Source of the DNA: Burkholderiales bacterium
GTDB lineage: Bacteria > Pseudomonadota > Gammaproteobacteria > Burkholderiales > Burkholderiaceae
Direction: 5' to 3'
Assembly: GCA_026225455.1 (NCBI GenBank)
Contig: JAMFSV010000090.1
Location: 1 to 57,950, forward strand
Length of the DNA stretch: 57,950 nt
This document shows positions 48,133 through 57,196 of this stretch, piece by piece. The notes under the pieces were generated by a model. The model saw only the letters and a program-made list of their open reading frames with translations, had not been told where the DNA came from and did not search any database. Numbering within the stretch: position 1 is the stretch's first letter; each line of letters begins with the position of its first letter. The position numbers and the translations under genes were made by a program.

Positions 48133-50037
48133 TTACTGCAGAAGCTTCAGAACTTGCTGCGGCAACTGGTTGGCCTGCGCGATAATCGCCGTTGCTGCTT
48201 GTGACAGCACTTGAGCGCGCGACAGTGACGAGGTGGCCGAGGCGTAATCCGTATCCTGAATGGTTGACTGTGCCGACGATGCGTTCTGGTCGGACGAGGT
48301 CAAGTTCGAGATAACCGAGGTGAAGCGGTTTTGGACTGCGCCCAGCTGACCTTGCAGCGCGCTGACCTGGGTCAGTGCCGCATCGATGGTCTGAATCGCG
48401 TTTTGCGCATCAGCCACGGTCAGTACCGAGACTCCAGCCAGCGAACCTGAGGTAGCGGCGCTGAAGGAGTTCACGGTCGGTGCCGCAGCGCCGGTGCCGA
48501 GGACCGCCGAGATCACCGATGCGGTACCGGTCAAGGTGACCGTGGTTGCCGTGCCGCCCGTGATGGTCAAGGTGCCGCCCGTACCCGACGAGGAGGCAGT
48601 GATACCTTCGGCCTTCAGGGTTGCGTTCGAGTTGATGCTGGCGACGATCGAAGCCGTTTCAGCGCTGGCCGAGGCAGCGGAAGCTACCGTGATCGACTGG
48701 CCGTTGACTACAAACTGGCTGCCGGTGCCGCCCGTAATGCCGGTGGTGACCGTATTGGCCGCCGAGCCAACTACAGTGGTACCCAGGTCAATCAGGTTAT
48801 CCGCCGAGTTGTTGGTGTTGGCGTACTGCAATGCGATACCGCCGGCGCTTGCTGCCCCGGTGATGGCCGAACCGCTCAAGGCAATGCTGCTCGACGACGA
48901 CAGGGTCAAGGTACCTTGCAATTCGCCCGAGCTGCTGGACGATACCGAAGCGGAGGTGCCGTAGCCGGTGGCGCTCAAGCTGCCATCGACGGTTGCGCTG
49001 TTGTAGGTGAACGAAGTGTTGTCCAGGCCGCCCGTTACCTTGCCGGCGGTTTCCGTGGAGCCGGTCGATTGGACCACGGTGATATTCGAACCGTCAGCCG
49101 TCGACAGGCTCAAGGAACCATCGCTGTTGATCGAGGCGCTCACACCGGTGCTGCTGGTTTGGGCGTTGATCGCATTGAACACCGAAGTGCTCGACAGCGA
49201 GCCGCTGGCAGCAATCGAGGTGCCGGTGGCGCCGAAAATATTCACGCCGTTGATGGTCAGGTTATACGTTTCGGCTGCGGAATCGGCGTTGGTGACATTC
49301 GTCAGCGAGAACTTCTGCACGTTGGACGCGGTTGCCGTCAAACCCGAGATATCCGAGTTATTGATGGCTGCGGCTGCGGCGAATGCGCTGTCCGAGTTTT
49401 GACCCGGGGCGGTGCCGGCCGTGGCGTTGGCCACCGAAATCGTGTTGCCGCCACCCACTACCACGTTGAAGGTGTTGCTGCTCAAGCCGGTCGAACCTTC
49501 GAGGCTCAACGTGGTTGTATCGATCTGGCCGATTTGCGAAGCTTTGGCACCTTGCGAAAGATTCACGCCGATGACTTGGCCGGCATCTGCGCCGATCTGG
49601 AAGTTTTGCAGGCCGAACGTGCCGTCCAGCAAATTCTGACCGTTAAAACTGGTCGTTTGTGCAATCGTGTTGATCTGCGCCACGGATTGCTGAACTTCTT
49701 GGTTCAGCGAGGCGCGGTTGCTTGCGGTCAACGATGCGTTCGAGGCGTCAACTGCCAAGGTACGAATGGTTTGCAAGTTGTCGGTGATCTGGGTCAACGC
49801 GCTTTCGCCGGTTTGAGCCAGCGAAATACCGTTGTTGGCGTTAGCTTGCGCTTGCGTCAAACCGTTGATCTGCGATTGCAAGCTGGTTGCAATAGCTTGA
49901 CCTGCAGGATCGTCCGCCGCGCTATTGATCTTCAACCCAGATGACAATTGCGTAATCGCGGTCGTCAAGCTGTTTTGCGTATTTGCCAAATTGTTTTGCG
50001 CAATTTGCGACGCGATGTTTGTATTGATGACAGTCAT
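48133..50037 (-). CDS. fliC: Flagellin (634 aa)
   Basis: INTNIAS, LSSGLKINSAADD, GISLAQT.E.AL, FNGQNLLDG, LGAVQNRF, AQANQLPQQVLKLL. Confidence 0.98.
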   Translation of the reverse strand: MTVINTNIASQIAQNNLANTQNSLTTAITQLSSGLKINSAADDPAGQAIATSLQSQINGLTQAQANANNGISLAQTGESALTQITDNLQTIRTLAVDASNASLTASNRASLNQEVQQSVAQINTIAQTTSFNGQNLLDGTFGLQNFQIGADAGQVIGVNLSQGAKASQIGQIDTTTLSLEGSTGLSSNTFNVVVGGGNTISVANATAGTAPGQNSDSAFAAAAAINNSDISGLTATASNVQKFSLTNVTNADSAAETYNLTINGVNIFGATGTSIAASGSLSSTSVFNAINAQTSSTGVSASINSDGSLSLSTADGSNITVVQSTGSTETAGKVTGGLDNTSFTYNSATVDGSLSATGYGTSASVSSSSSGELQGTLTLSSSSSIALSGSAITGAASAGGIALQYANTNNSADNLIDLGTTVVGSAANTVTTGITGGTGSQFVVNGQSITVASAASASAETASIVASINSNATLKAEGITASSSGTGGTLTITGGTATTVTLTGTASVISAVLGTGAAAPTVNSFSAATSGSLAGVSVLTVADAQNAIQTIDAALTQVSALQGQLGAVQNRFTSVISNLTSSDQNASSAQSTIQDTDYASATSSLSRAQVLSQAATAIIAQANQLPQQVLKLLQ

Positions 50038-50135
50038 TTGAGTAGCTCCTAATCCCTAGAGTTGGTGCAATCCGGCAAAACGTGCCGTAACGTCGGCTAG
50101 TCAGTACGTTTCCCAATCTGCCACCGTTATTTGGG

Positions 50136-50162
50136 TTATCGGAAGCTCAAGCAAAAGCTTTA
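50136..50162 (-). promoter_or_regulatory. Sigma-28 promoter of fliC
   Basis: TAAAGCTT-N11-TCCGATAA on the minus strand, about 100 bp upstream of the ATG. Confidence 0.85.
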
Positions 50163-50470
50163 GGAAAAGATTTGATTGTTTGTCGGCCGGCCTCGGGAAA
50201 AGCCCCCTGACAGGCTGCTCTGAAATCGCACCAAGCCTTACAGCGCAAGGTTTACACGATTTTTTCCAAGCCCGGAAAAAGATTCAAACATAACTAAATA
50301 AAAAGCTGACGAGAATCCGGTCTCGGCCGTTTTATGGCCTGAAGCTGCCTAAATTAACCGATGGGAAGTGGTGCGGCTGAGATGAGGCGGGCGATTTTGC
50401 CGCCCTTCAGGAAGGGATCCTGGCGACCGGACTTGAAGGGGCCGGCAAAGATCCGGCAAAGGGTCTGAAC

Positions 50471-51124
50471 TCAGGGGCTGGGCGCGTTGAGATCGACCAA
50501 ATGATTGCTCATGACGTAATAAGTAAGCTCGGCATTGTTGGTCAGGCCCATTTTTTCCAGCAGGCGGGTACGGTAGACGCTGACGGTCTTGACCGACAGC
50601 GACAAGACCCGGGCAATATCCGTCAATCGCTTGCCTGAACCCAGCATGCATAAGGTTTGATATTCGCGGTCGGACAGTTTTTCATGCGGCAACTGGTCGC
50701 TATCGAGCGAAATATAGTCGGCCAAGGCTTCCGCCATTTTGGTGCTGACATAGCGCCGGCCGGCCGCGACCTGTTGTATCGCCACCAGCATTTGCGCGGT
50801 ATTGGCGGTTTTCGATAAATAGCCTGCCGCTCCGGCTTTCAGCGCCCGCACGGCAAACTGGTCTTCCCGGTACATGCTGAACATCAGCACCGGGACGCCA
50901 GGCGCCTTGCGACGCAGGCGCTTGAGGACCTCAATGCCGTTCATGTCGGGTAGGGAAATATCCAGCAGGGCCAGGTCCCATTCAATCTGGTCTGCCTGCG
51001 CCAAGGCTTCGGCGCCGCTTTCGGCTTCGCCGATTTCGGACGCGATGCCGCGTTCCATCAGCAATTGCATGACGCCCTGACGCACGATCGCATGGTCGTC
51101 GATCAGCAGGATTTTCAGGGACAT
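50471..51124 (-). CDS. NarL/UvrY-family response regulator (possibly RqpR-like)
   Basis: LIDDHAIVRQG, LLDISLP, GAAGYLSK, LuxR HTH LSDREYQ...LSLSVKTVSVYR. Confidence 0.93.
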   Translation of the reverse strand: MSLKILLIDDHAIVRQGVMQLLMERGIASEIGEAESGAEALAQADQIEWDLALLDISLPDMNGIEVLKRLRRKAPGVPVLMFSMYREDQFAVRALKAGAAGYLSKTANTAQMLVAIQQVAAGRRYVSTKMAEALADYISLDSDQLPHEKLSDREYQTLCMLGSGKRLTDIARVLSLSVKTVSVYRTRLLEKMGLTNNAELTYYVMSNHLVDLNAPSP

Positions 51125-51987
51125 GAGAGGCCCGCCGCGGCGCGTAAGATCGAATTCCAGGGCAGGCGGGCGCTGACTTGCGTCATCTGCCCGGGCTTGG
51201 AGCTGATTTTTAATCCGCCATTGAGCGCTTTACAGCGCGCCCGCATCCCCTCGATGCCGAAATGGCTGCGGCGCGCTCGCGCACGGGCGGCAAAGCCCTG
51301 GCCATAGTCGATCACGCAAAGTTGCAAGTAATCTTTGCTGCTGCTGATGCGCACGTCGACGCGAGGCGATTTGGCATGCTTGGCGGCATTGTTGACGGCT
51401 TCTTGAGCAATTCTGAATAAGGCCGTCGCGGCTTCCGGGCGCAATGCGCCAAGGCGAGGATCGTCGACGCAGCTCAGATTGACCGGTAGACCCGTGAACG
51501 CCTGAAATTGCTCGCTCCACAGCGCCAGCGCCGGCAGCAGTCCGGCTTCGATGGCGGGCGGATGCAGATCGCCGATGATGCGGCGGCTGGCGTCGCACAG
51601 CGCTTCGAACGCCTGCTGGGCGGTGCCGAGCGCCGCGGCCGCGCGGGTTTCGTCTGCCGGTAAATCGGGCTCCAGCAAATCGGGCTCCAGCCGGGCAAAG
51701 GCGTAGCGGAATGCGGTCAGATGAGCGCCCAGCTCGTCGTGCAGCTCGCGTGCCAAGCGGCGGCGTTCGTCCTCGCGCGCGGCGCCGATGGCCATGCCCA
51801 GGTCGGCTAGCGAAATAGCGTAGCCGGATGCGTTTGCAGGCTGGGACAGGGGGGCTGAAATGGGCAGCGCTGAAAAGCACGGGCGCGCAGTGCCGCCGGT
51901 GCCGGCTATTTGACCGGTGCGTCGTGTGCCGCGCGCAGGTTGGGCGGGCGTCACGATGGGCATATGGGTAAATGGCTTATGCGGCAT
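51115..51987 (-). CDS. Cytoplasmic HisKA_3 histidine kinase lacking an evident sensor domain
   Basis: ERRRLARELHDELG H-box, FRIAQEAVNNAAKHA N-box, DYGQGF, HFGIEGMRAR; start uncertain. Confidence 0.88.
   Translation of the reverse strand: MPHKPFTHMPIVTPAQPARGTRRTGQIAGTGGTARPCFSALPISAPLSQPANASGYAISLADLGMAIGAAREDERRRLARELHDELGAHLTAFRYAFARLEPDLLEPDLPADETRAAAALGTAQQAFEALCDASRRIIGDLHPPAIEAGLLPALALWSEQFQAFTGLPVNLSCVDDPRLGALRPEAATALFRIAQEAVNNAAKHAKSPRVDVRISSSKDYLQLCVIDYGQGFAARARARRSHFGIEGMRARCKALNGGLKISSKPGQMTQVSARLPWNSILRAAAGLSCP
51662..51691. repeat. 15-bp in-frame duplication in the kinase (LEPDL x2)
   Basis: aaatcgggctccagc x2. Confidence 0.85.
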
Positions 51988-52382
51988 GGCATTTAAAGGT
52001 AGGTCGGAAGGCTCAAAATAAGCGGATTCCGTCTTACAGTTTACCTGACAATCACGTCGGAAAATAGGCGGTTTTGTTACCGGAATTTATTTCCACCGGG
52101 ATATGAGTAGATCAGGCAATACGTACCGATTTCCAATAAAACCCAGTCAATTTTCCCGATTTTGGGCGCATGGCACAAAAAGTGGCATTTTTCGCGGGTC
52201 AAAAGAAAGGAAGACAGCCAAATTGAATGACTTTTTACTGTATTAAAAAGTAAATAAATCTTACGTGCAAGTCGCGTAAAGCTTAACCCGCTAAATCCGC
52301 ATCGGGGAAGTCACGCTTATGGCGACGGTGGTGAGTGAGGCAAGTTTCCCAGGTGCCAGTGACAAAACAGAGTACGCCAGAC

Positions 52383-52411
52383 AAAAAAACCACGACTGAA
52401 AGTCGTGGTTT
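52383..52411 (-). terminator. Intrinsic terminator of fpr
   Basis: AAACCACGACT-gaa-AGTCGTGGTTT stem with a T-run on the minus strand. Confidence 0.85.
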
Positions 52412-52463
52412 GGGGTGCTGCACGGCTCCACCCGCTTCGGCGCCGAGCTGTCGGTTGCCGGAT

Positions 52464-53234
52464 TTAGCCGACAAAGGCCTTTTCAATTACATAATGTCCG
52501 GGCTTGGAATGGCTGCCTTCGTCGAAACCGCGCGAATTCAGCAGGTCGCGGGTGTCTTTCAGCATATGCGGGCTACCGCACAGCATGATACGGTCGTTTT
52601 CGACGGAGAAGGGTTGCAAACCCAGATCTTCAAACAGTTTGCCGTTTTCGATCAAGTCGGTAATGCGGCCGCGATTGGCAAATTCCTGGCGTGTGACCGT
52701 GGGGTAATACACCAGTTTGTCGCGGATCAATTCGCCGATATGCTCATGATTCGGCAATGACTGCGTGATGTATTCCTTATAGGCCAGCTCGTCGATAAAG
52801 CGGCAGGTGTGGGTCAGTACCACGCGGTCATAACGCTCATAGACTTCAGGGTCTTTGATCACGCTCATGAACGGGGCGAGTCCCGTGCCGGTCGACAGCA
52901 GCCACAGGACCTTGCCCGGCAACAGGTTATCGACCACCAGCGTGCCGGTCGGCTTTTTGCCGATATAGACCTGATCGCCTACTTTCAGATGCTGCAGGCG
53001 CGAGGTCAGCGGGCCGTCTTGCACCTTGATGCTGAGGAATTCGAGATTGTCTTCGTAATTTGCGCTGGCCATGCTGTAAGCACGGATCAGGGGTTTGCCG
53101 TCGACTTCGAGGCCGACCATCGTAAACTGACCGTTTTCGAAACGGAACGACGCGTCGCGGGTGCAGGTGAAGCTAAATAGCGTATCGGTCCAATGATGGA
53201 CGGAAAGGACGGTTTGTTGGTTCAGATTGCTCAT
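52464..53234 (-). CDS. fpr: Ferredoxin-NADP+ reductase (bacterial subclass I)
   Basis: VHHWTDTLFSF, RAYSMAS, GPLTSRLQ, STGTGLAPF, MLCGSP, AFVG end. Confidence 0.96.
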   Translation of the reverse strand: MSNLNQQTVLSVHHWTDTLFSFTCTRDASFRFENGQFTMVGLEVDGKPLIRAYSMASANYEDNLEFLSIKVQDGPLTSRLQHLKVGDQVYIGKKPTGTLVVDNLLPGKVLWLLSTGTGLAPFMSVIKDPEVYERYDRVVLTHTCRFIDELAYKEYITQSLPNHEHIGELIRDKLVYYPTVTRQEFANRGRITDLIENGKLFEDLGLQPFSVENDRIMLCGSPHMLKDTRDLLNSRGFDEGSHSKPGHYVIEKAFVG

Positions 53235-53488
53235 GGCTTAAGGTCGAAGCGAATATCGAAGGGCCGCGCAATATATTGCCGCAGTACATCGCCGCAGCAC
53301 ATGCGATACACCGATTGCGGACCCAACTTTAGATGGCGGATTTTTTGTCAACCCGGTATTTTACCCCAGAGAGCGTACTATTTGCTCGCCACGGAATATA
53401 CGATGTCGCTCTATGCGGTTTTCCCGCATCCGGGCATAGTGTGAAACATCTCGATGATTTTCATTTTTACGGGACGACTGGCGCGTAA

Positions 53489-55261
53489 ATGACCGATTTT
53501 CCCTCTGCTGAAACTGCCGCCGAAGCGGCTTGTCTGGCAACCCTGGCTCAGTCCGGCGACGTGTGCGAAGCCCTGCTTGCATTGTCGGCGATACGCACCG
53601 AGCAACATCGTTTGGTTGATGCCGTCGCACTGGCGCGTGCCGTGCTGGCGATACATCCCGATTTCGCCGGCGCTCACGCCGCGCTCGGCTATGCCCATGC
53701 GGCCGCGGCCGAACCGCTGGCCGCGGCCGAAGCTTTGCAACGCGCCGTGGCGCTCGACCCGCAAGACATGCGCCTCAGGATCAAGCTTGCGCGCACCTGG
53801 CTGGTGCTGAATCGCCATGCCGAAGTCCTGGAAACCATGTCGGCCTTACCCGCGGTGAGTCCGATTCCGTTGCCGCAGATGGCGCAATGGCTGACCGAGG
53901 CCTATTGCGTACGCGGCCGGGCCTTGCTGGCCTTGCGACAACCGGTTGAAGCGCTCAAGGCCTTCGATCTCGGTGCGGGTTTGGACAGCGGCTCAAGCGA
54001 GCCGCTGCTGGGGCGCGGCATGGCCTTGCTCGCGTTTGGCCGCGCGGCGGGTGCATTGCAACCCTTGCATCGTGCTTTTGAGATCAATCCGAACGATCCG
54101 GAAGCGCCCAACGAACTGGGCTTGGCCTTGGGCCGGCTGGGGCAATATGCCGAGGCGGTGCGTTGGTTTGAGACGGCCCTGCAGATCGACCGTCATTTCG
54201 CCCCGGCCTATCGTTATATGGGTAGTGCCCTGGCCGTATTGCGCCTGGAAAAAGAGGCGCTGACCTGTCTGCGCGAGGCGCGCCGCATACGGCCCGAATG
54301 GGAGGAGGTCTGGCTCGATGAGGCCGGTGTGCTGCTACGCGCCGGGCGCTTGCAAGAGGGGTGGAAAGCCTACGAATGGCGTGAGTCGGCGCGTTATATG
54401 ATGAAAATTTCGGCGCCTGCGTATTGGACCGGCGACGAACGGCTCGAAGGGAAATCCATTCTGCTGAGCGCAGAGCAGGGTTTGGGCGACACGCTGCATT
54501 TTGTGCGTTATGCGCCGCTGATCGCCGCCATGGGCGCACAGGTCACGCTGGTGGTGCAACGCCCCTTGATGCCTTTGCTGGAGCCGCATGCAAGCGCATG
54601 GGGAGTGACCATTATTGCCCAGGGCGAGCCGATTCCGTTCACCGACTTGCAAGTGCTCTTGCTGAGCTTGCCTTATGCCTGCGGCACCCGCCTGGATACG
54701 ATCCCGGCGCACACGAGGTATTTATCTACGCCTGAAGCCTACCGCGACAAATGGCGCGACGCGCTGCCGCAAAGCGGCAAGATGCGCGTCGGCATCGTCG
54801 CCTCCGGTAATCCCCATTATCGCGACGATGCCTATCGCACCATCGGCTTGCAGCAGTTGGTGCCGGTGCTGGATCTCGCGGCGATAGACTGGGTCTGGTT
54901 GCAACCCCAGACGCGCGAGTCCGAGCGTGAAGTCCTGGCGCAGTATCCCGGGGTCAACCTGATCGGCGAAACTTTTACCGATTTCGCCGACACGGCTGCG
55001 GTGCTGGAACAACTGGATCTGATTATTACGGTAGATACCGCGGTGGCGCATCTGGCCGGAGCCATGGGGCGGCCGGTCTGGATCCTGTTGCCGTTTGTGC
55101 CCGATTGGCGCTGGATGCTGGATCGCGACGACAGTCCCTGGTATCCCAGCGTCAGGCTGTTCCGCCAGCGCCGGCCCCATGATTGGAGCGATGTGGTGCA
55201 GGATGTGGTCGGGGCACTGAGCGAGCGCGTGGCCGGCTACGCGGCGTCAATCGACGCGTAG
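53489..55261 (+). CDS. TPR-repeat glycosyltransferase (GT9/GT-B-like C-terminal domain)
   Basis: N-terminal TPRs; EGWKAYEWR, EQGLGDTLHFVRY, DFADTAA...DLIITVDTAVAHLAGAMG.P.W, DWRW...SPWYPSVRLFRQ. Confidence 0.85.
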   Translation: MTDFPSAETAAEAACLATLAQSGDVCEALLALSAIRTEQHRLVDAVALARAVLAIHPDFAGAHAALGYAHAAAAEPLAAAEALQRAVALDPQDMRLRIKLARTWLVLNRHAEVLETMSALPAVSPIPLPQMAQWLTEAYCVRGRALLALRQPVEALKAFDLGAGLDSGSSEPLLGRGMALLAFGRAAGALQPLHRAFEINPNDPEAPNELGLALGRLGQYAEAVRWFETALQIDRHFAPAYRYMGSALAVLRLEKEALTCLREARRIRPEWEEVWLDEAGVLLRAGRLQEGWKAYEWRESARYMMKISAPAYWTGDERLEGKSILLSAEQGLGDTLHFVRYAPLIAAMGAQVTLVVQRPLMPLLEPHASAWGVTIIAQGEPIPFTDLQVLLLSLPYACGTRLDTIPAHTRYLSTPEAYRDKWRDALPQSGKMRVGIVASGNPHYRDDAYRTIGLQQLVPVLDLAAIDWVWLQPQTRESEREVLAQYPGVNLIGETFTDFADTAAVLEQLDLIITVDTAVAHLAGAMGRPVWILLPFVPDWRWMLDRDDSPWYPSVRLFRQRRPHDWSDVVQDVVGALSERVAGYAASIDA

Positions 55262-56089
55262 GCGTGCCATATAAGGCAGGTGATCGGAGAGCCAGGCGGT
55301 TTTTCGTCCCGGTACCAGCCACTCCAACGGTGTCATCCCGCGCACAAACATTTTGTCCAGCGCCAGCGCGGGCGAGAACGAGGGAAAGGTTTTGCCTTTG
55401 TGTCCCAGCGAGGCGGCCACTTCGACCAGACCTATAGTGCCGAATAGCGCTGCCGAATCGTTACGCCAATCGTTGAAATCGCCGGCCAGAATCAGCGGTC
55501 CCGCCGGTGCGTCGTCGACGATCCATTGTGCGATCCAGTGCATTTGACGCAGCCGCGCGGCACGGGTCAATGCCAGATGGGCGCACAACAAGGTGACCCG
55601 CTGCTCGGCGAAGGCGATGCTTGCCACCAGCAAGCCGCGACGCTCGAAACGATGGGCGGAAATATCCCAGCGGCCGCCGAGGTCCAGCGCGTGCGGCGAT
55701 AAAATGGCATTGCCATGGCGGCGCGATTGTTTGACCACCGTGGTTCCCAGCGCGAGCTGGAGTTTCAGCTCGGTGGCGATGTCGGTTGCCTGGCAATCCC
55801 ATAACGCATTGCCGGGGTCTGCCCTGGACAAGCTTGAGGCGATCGAATCCGGCACCTGTATTGCTTCGCCGATACCGCTGGCGATTTCCAGATTCTGCCG
55901 TTGCGCCTGCGCTTCCTGTAAGAAATAGGCGTCCGCCGGGGTTGACTGGACCCAATGGCGCATCGCACCCCATGCCTTGAAGCCGAGCGGTGAGCGCCCT
56001 TTATGCAGATTCCAGCTGACCGCGATGAAATCCCGCGGATCTTTCTCCGGCGTTTTTTCCTGCATTAGCGGCGGCGCGCCGGCGGTCAC
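55247..56089 (-). CDS. Endonuclease/exonuclease/phosphatase family protein (YbhP-like)
   Basis: SWNLHKG, LQE, HGNAILS, ILAGDFNDW, TFPS, LDKMF, SDHLP. Confidence 0.9.
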   Translation of the reverse strand: MTAGAPPLMQEKTPEKDPRDFIAVSWNLHKGRSPLGFKAWGAMRHWVQSTPADAYFLQEAQAQRQNLEIASGIGEAIQVPDSIASSLSRADPGNALWDCQATDIATELKLQLALGTTVVKQSRRHGNAILSPHALDLGGRWDISAHRFERRGLLVASIAFAEQRVTLLCAHLALTRAARLRQMHWIAQWIVDDAPAGPLILAGDFNDWRNDSAALFGTIGLVEVAASLGHKGKTFPSFSPALALDKMFVRGMTPLEWLVPGRKTAWLSDHLPYMARLRVD

Positions 56090-56652
56090 GGGTGGGCGAC
56101 GACCGCCTTGAGGCGGTAGCTGAGCTGCGGATCGTGATCGATAATTTGCCAGGTCGACCAGCTACCGTCGGTTTTGACCTGCAAGCCGGGATGGCTGGCG
56201 GTTACCACCCGCGGTTCGGGCAATGCGGCGCAATCGATTTGCCGCGACAAGGTGGACGGATCTTCGAGGGTTTCACGCGTATCGATGGCAAAACTTACCT
56301 CATCGGCCGCGATATGCACGGGCGAGAGGGTAATGGTGCGACTCAGGTTAAAGTCCAGCGGCGTCCCGGCGCCGGTCGCGGACGCCGCGCCCGGTAGTGG
56401 GCAAGCGACGGCATGGCGGCTCGGATGCGAGGCTTTTTCGGTCTGGGCCTGCCCCAGCGTGGTGGTGTCGCTGAAGTCGTCGACCGTCTGCCCTTGTTCG
56501 ATCACCTGCAATTCCCAGCGCAGCGCCGGTTGAGCCTGCGCCTCATACGTGGCGCCGAGCAGCAGCAAACCCAGGCTCAAGCTCAAGCCTGGCCGGAATT
56601 GCCGTCGTGCTGCAGCGATCGGTTCGCGCGCCGGGCTCATTCGCGCGTTCAT
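56086..56652 (-). CDS. Hypothetical exported protein
   Basis: Signal-like LSLSLGLLLLGATYEAQA, two Cys, 4-nt overlaps with both neighbours. Confidence 0.7.
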   Translation of the reverse strand: MNARMSPAREPIAAARRQFRPGLSLSLGLLLLGATYEAQAQPALRWELQVIEQGQTVDDFSDTTTLGQAQTEKASHPSRHAVACPLPGAASATGAGTPLDFNLSRTITLSPVHIAADEVSFAIDTRETLEDPSTLSRQIDCAALPEPRVVTASHPGLQVKTDGSWSTWQIIDHDPQLSYRLKAVVAHP

Positions 56653-56900
56653 TCAGTTGGGCACTGCAAATTGCAATCTTCCTTGCCGGCATCGGCGCCG
56701 ACCTTGCGGTGCTTATCCGCGATGGCTTTTTTCTTATCCGCTTCGGTACTGGAGGCGGCAAATTCCAACTGCGGGTGCTCTTGCAACTGCCACGTTTGGT
56801 TGAGCACGCCGTCAGGGGTTCCCGGATGATATTGGGCGAAGGCGGGCGTGGTACAAAGGGCTAGTCCGCAGGCTAGCGTTGCCAATATGCGATAAATCAT
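56649..56900 (-). CDS. Small secreted hypothetical protein (83 aa)
   Basis: Signal peptide ending PAFA, GGAG RBS, C-terminal CNLQC; ATGA overlap with the next gene. Confidence 0.65.
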   Translation of the reverse strand: MIYRILATLACGLALCTTPAFAQYHPGTPDGVLNQTWQLQEHPQLEFAASSTEADKKKAIADKHRKVGADAGKEDCNLQCPTE

Positions 56901-57196
56901 AGGTGCTCCACATGTAAACCTGGCGGACCTGCGGCCAATTGGCCGCGAACAGGCCCGGGGTTACCGGTTGTTATCGAATCGCCGTATTGTCCGCGTCTAT
57001 AGGACGCGTGATAGGGTGCATACCGCGCCGCTGAACAAACTTGCGTCAGAATCGATTTTACGCGAGCCGGGGCACTTGTGCCGGTAACGCAGCCGAGCCG
57101 GGCAGCGGGAGATGTCACTCGATATTTCCAAGCGCCGGGCTCTATGGGGTTTTGACTCGCAAACAGGGCAGAGGTTTCGCCGGGTCGAGTGCCGGT

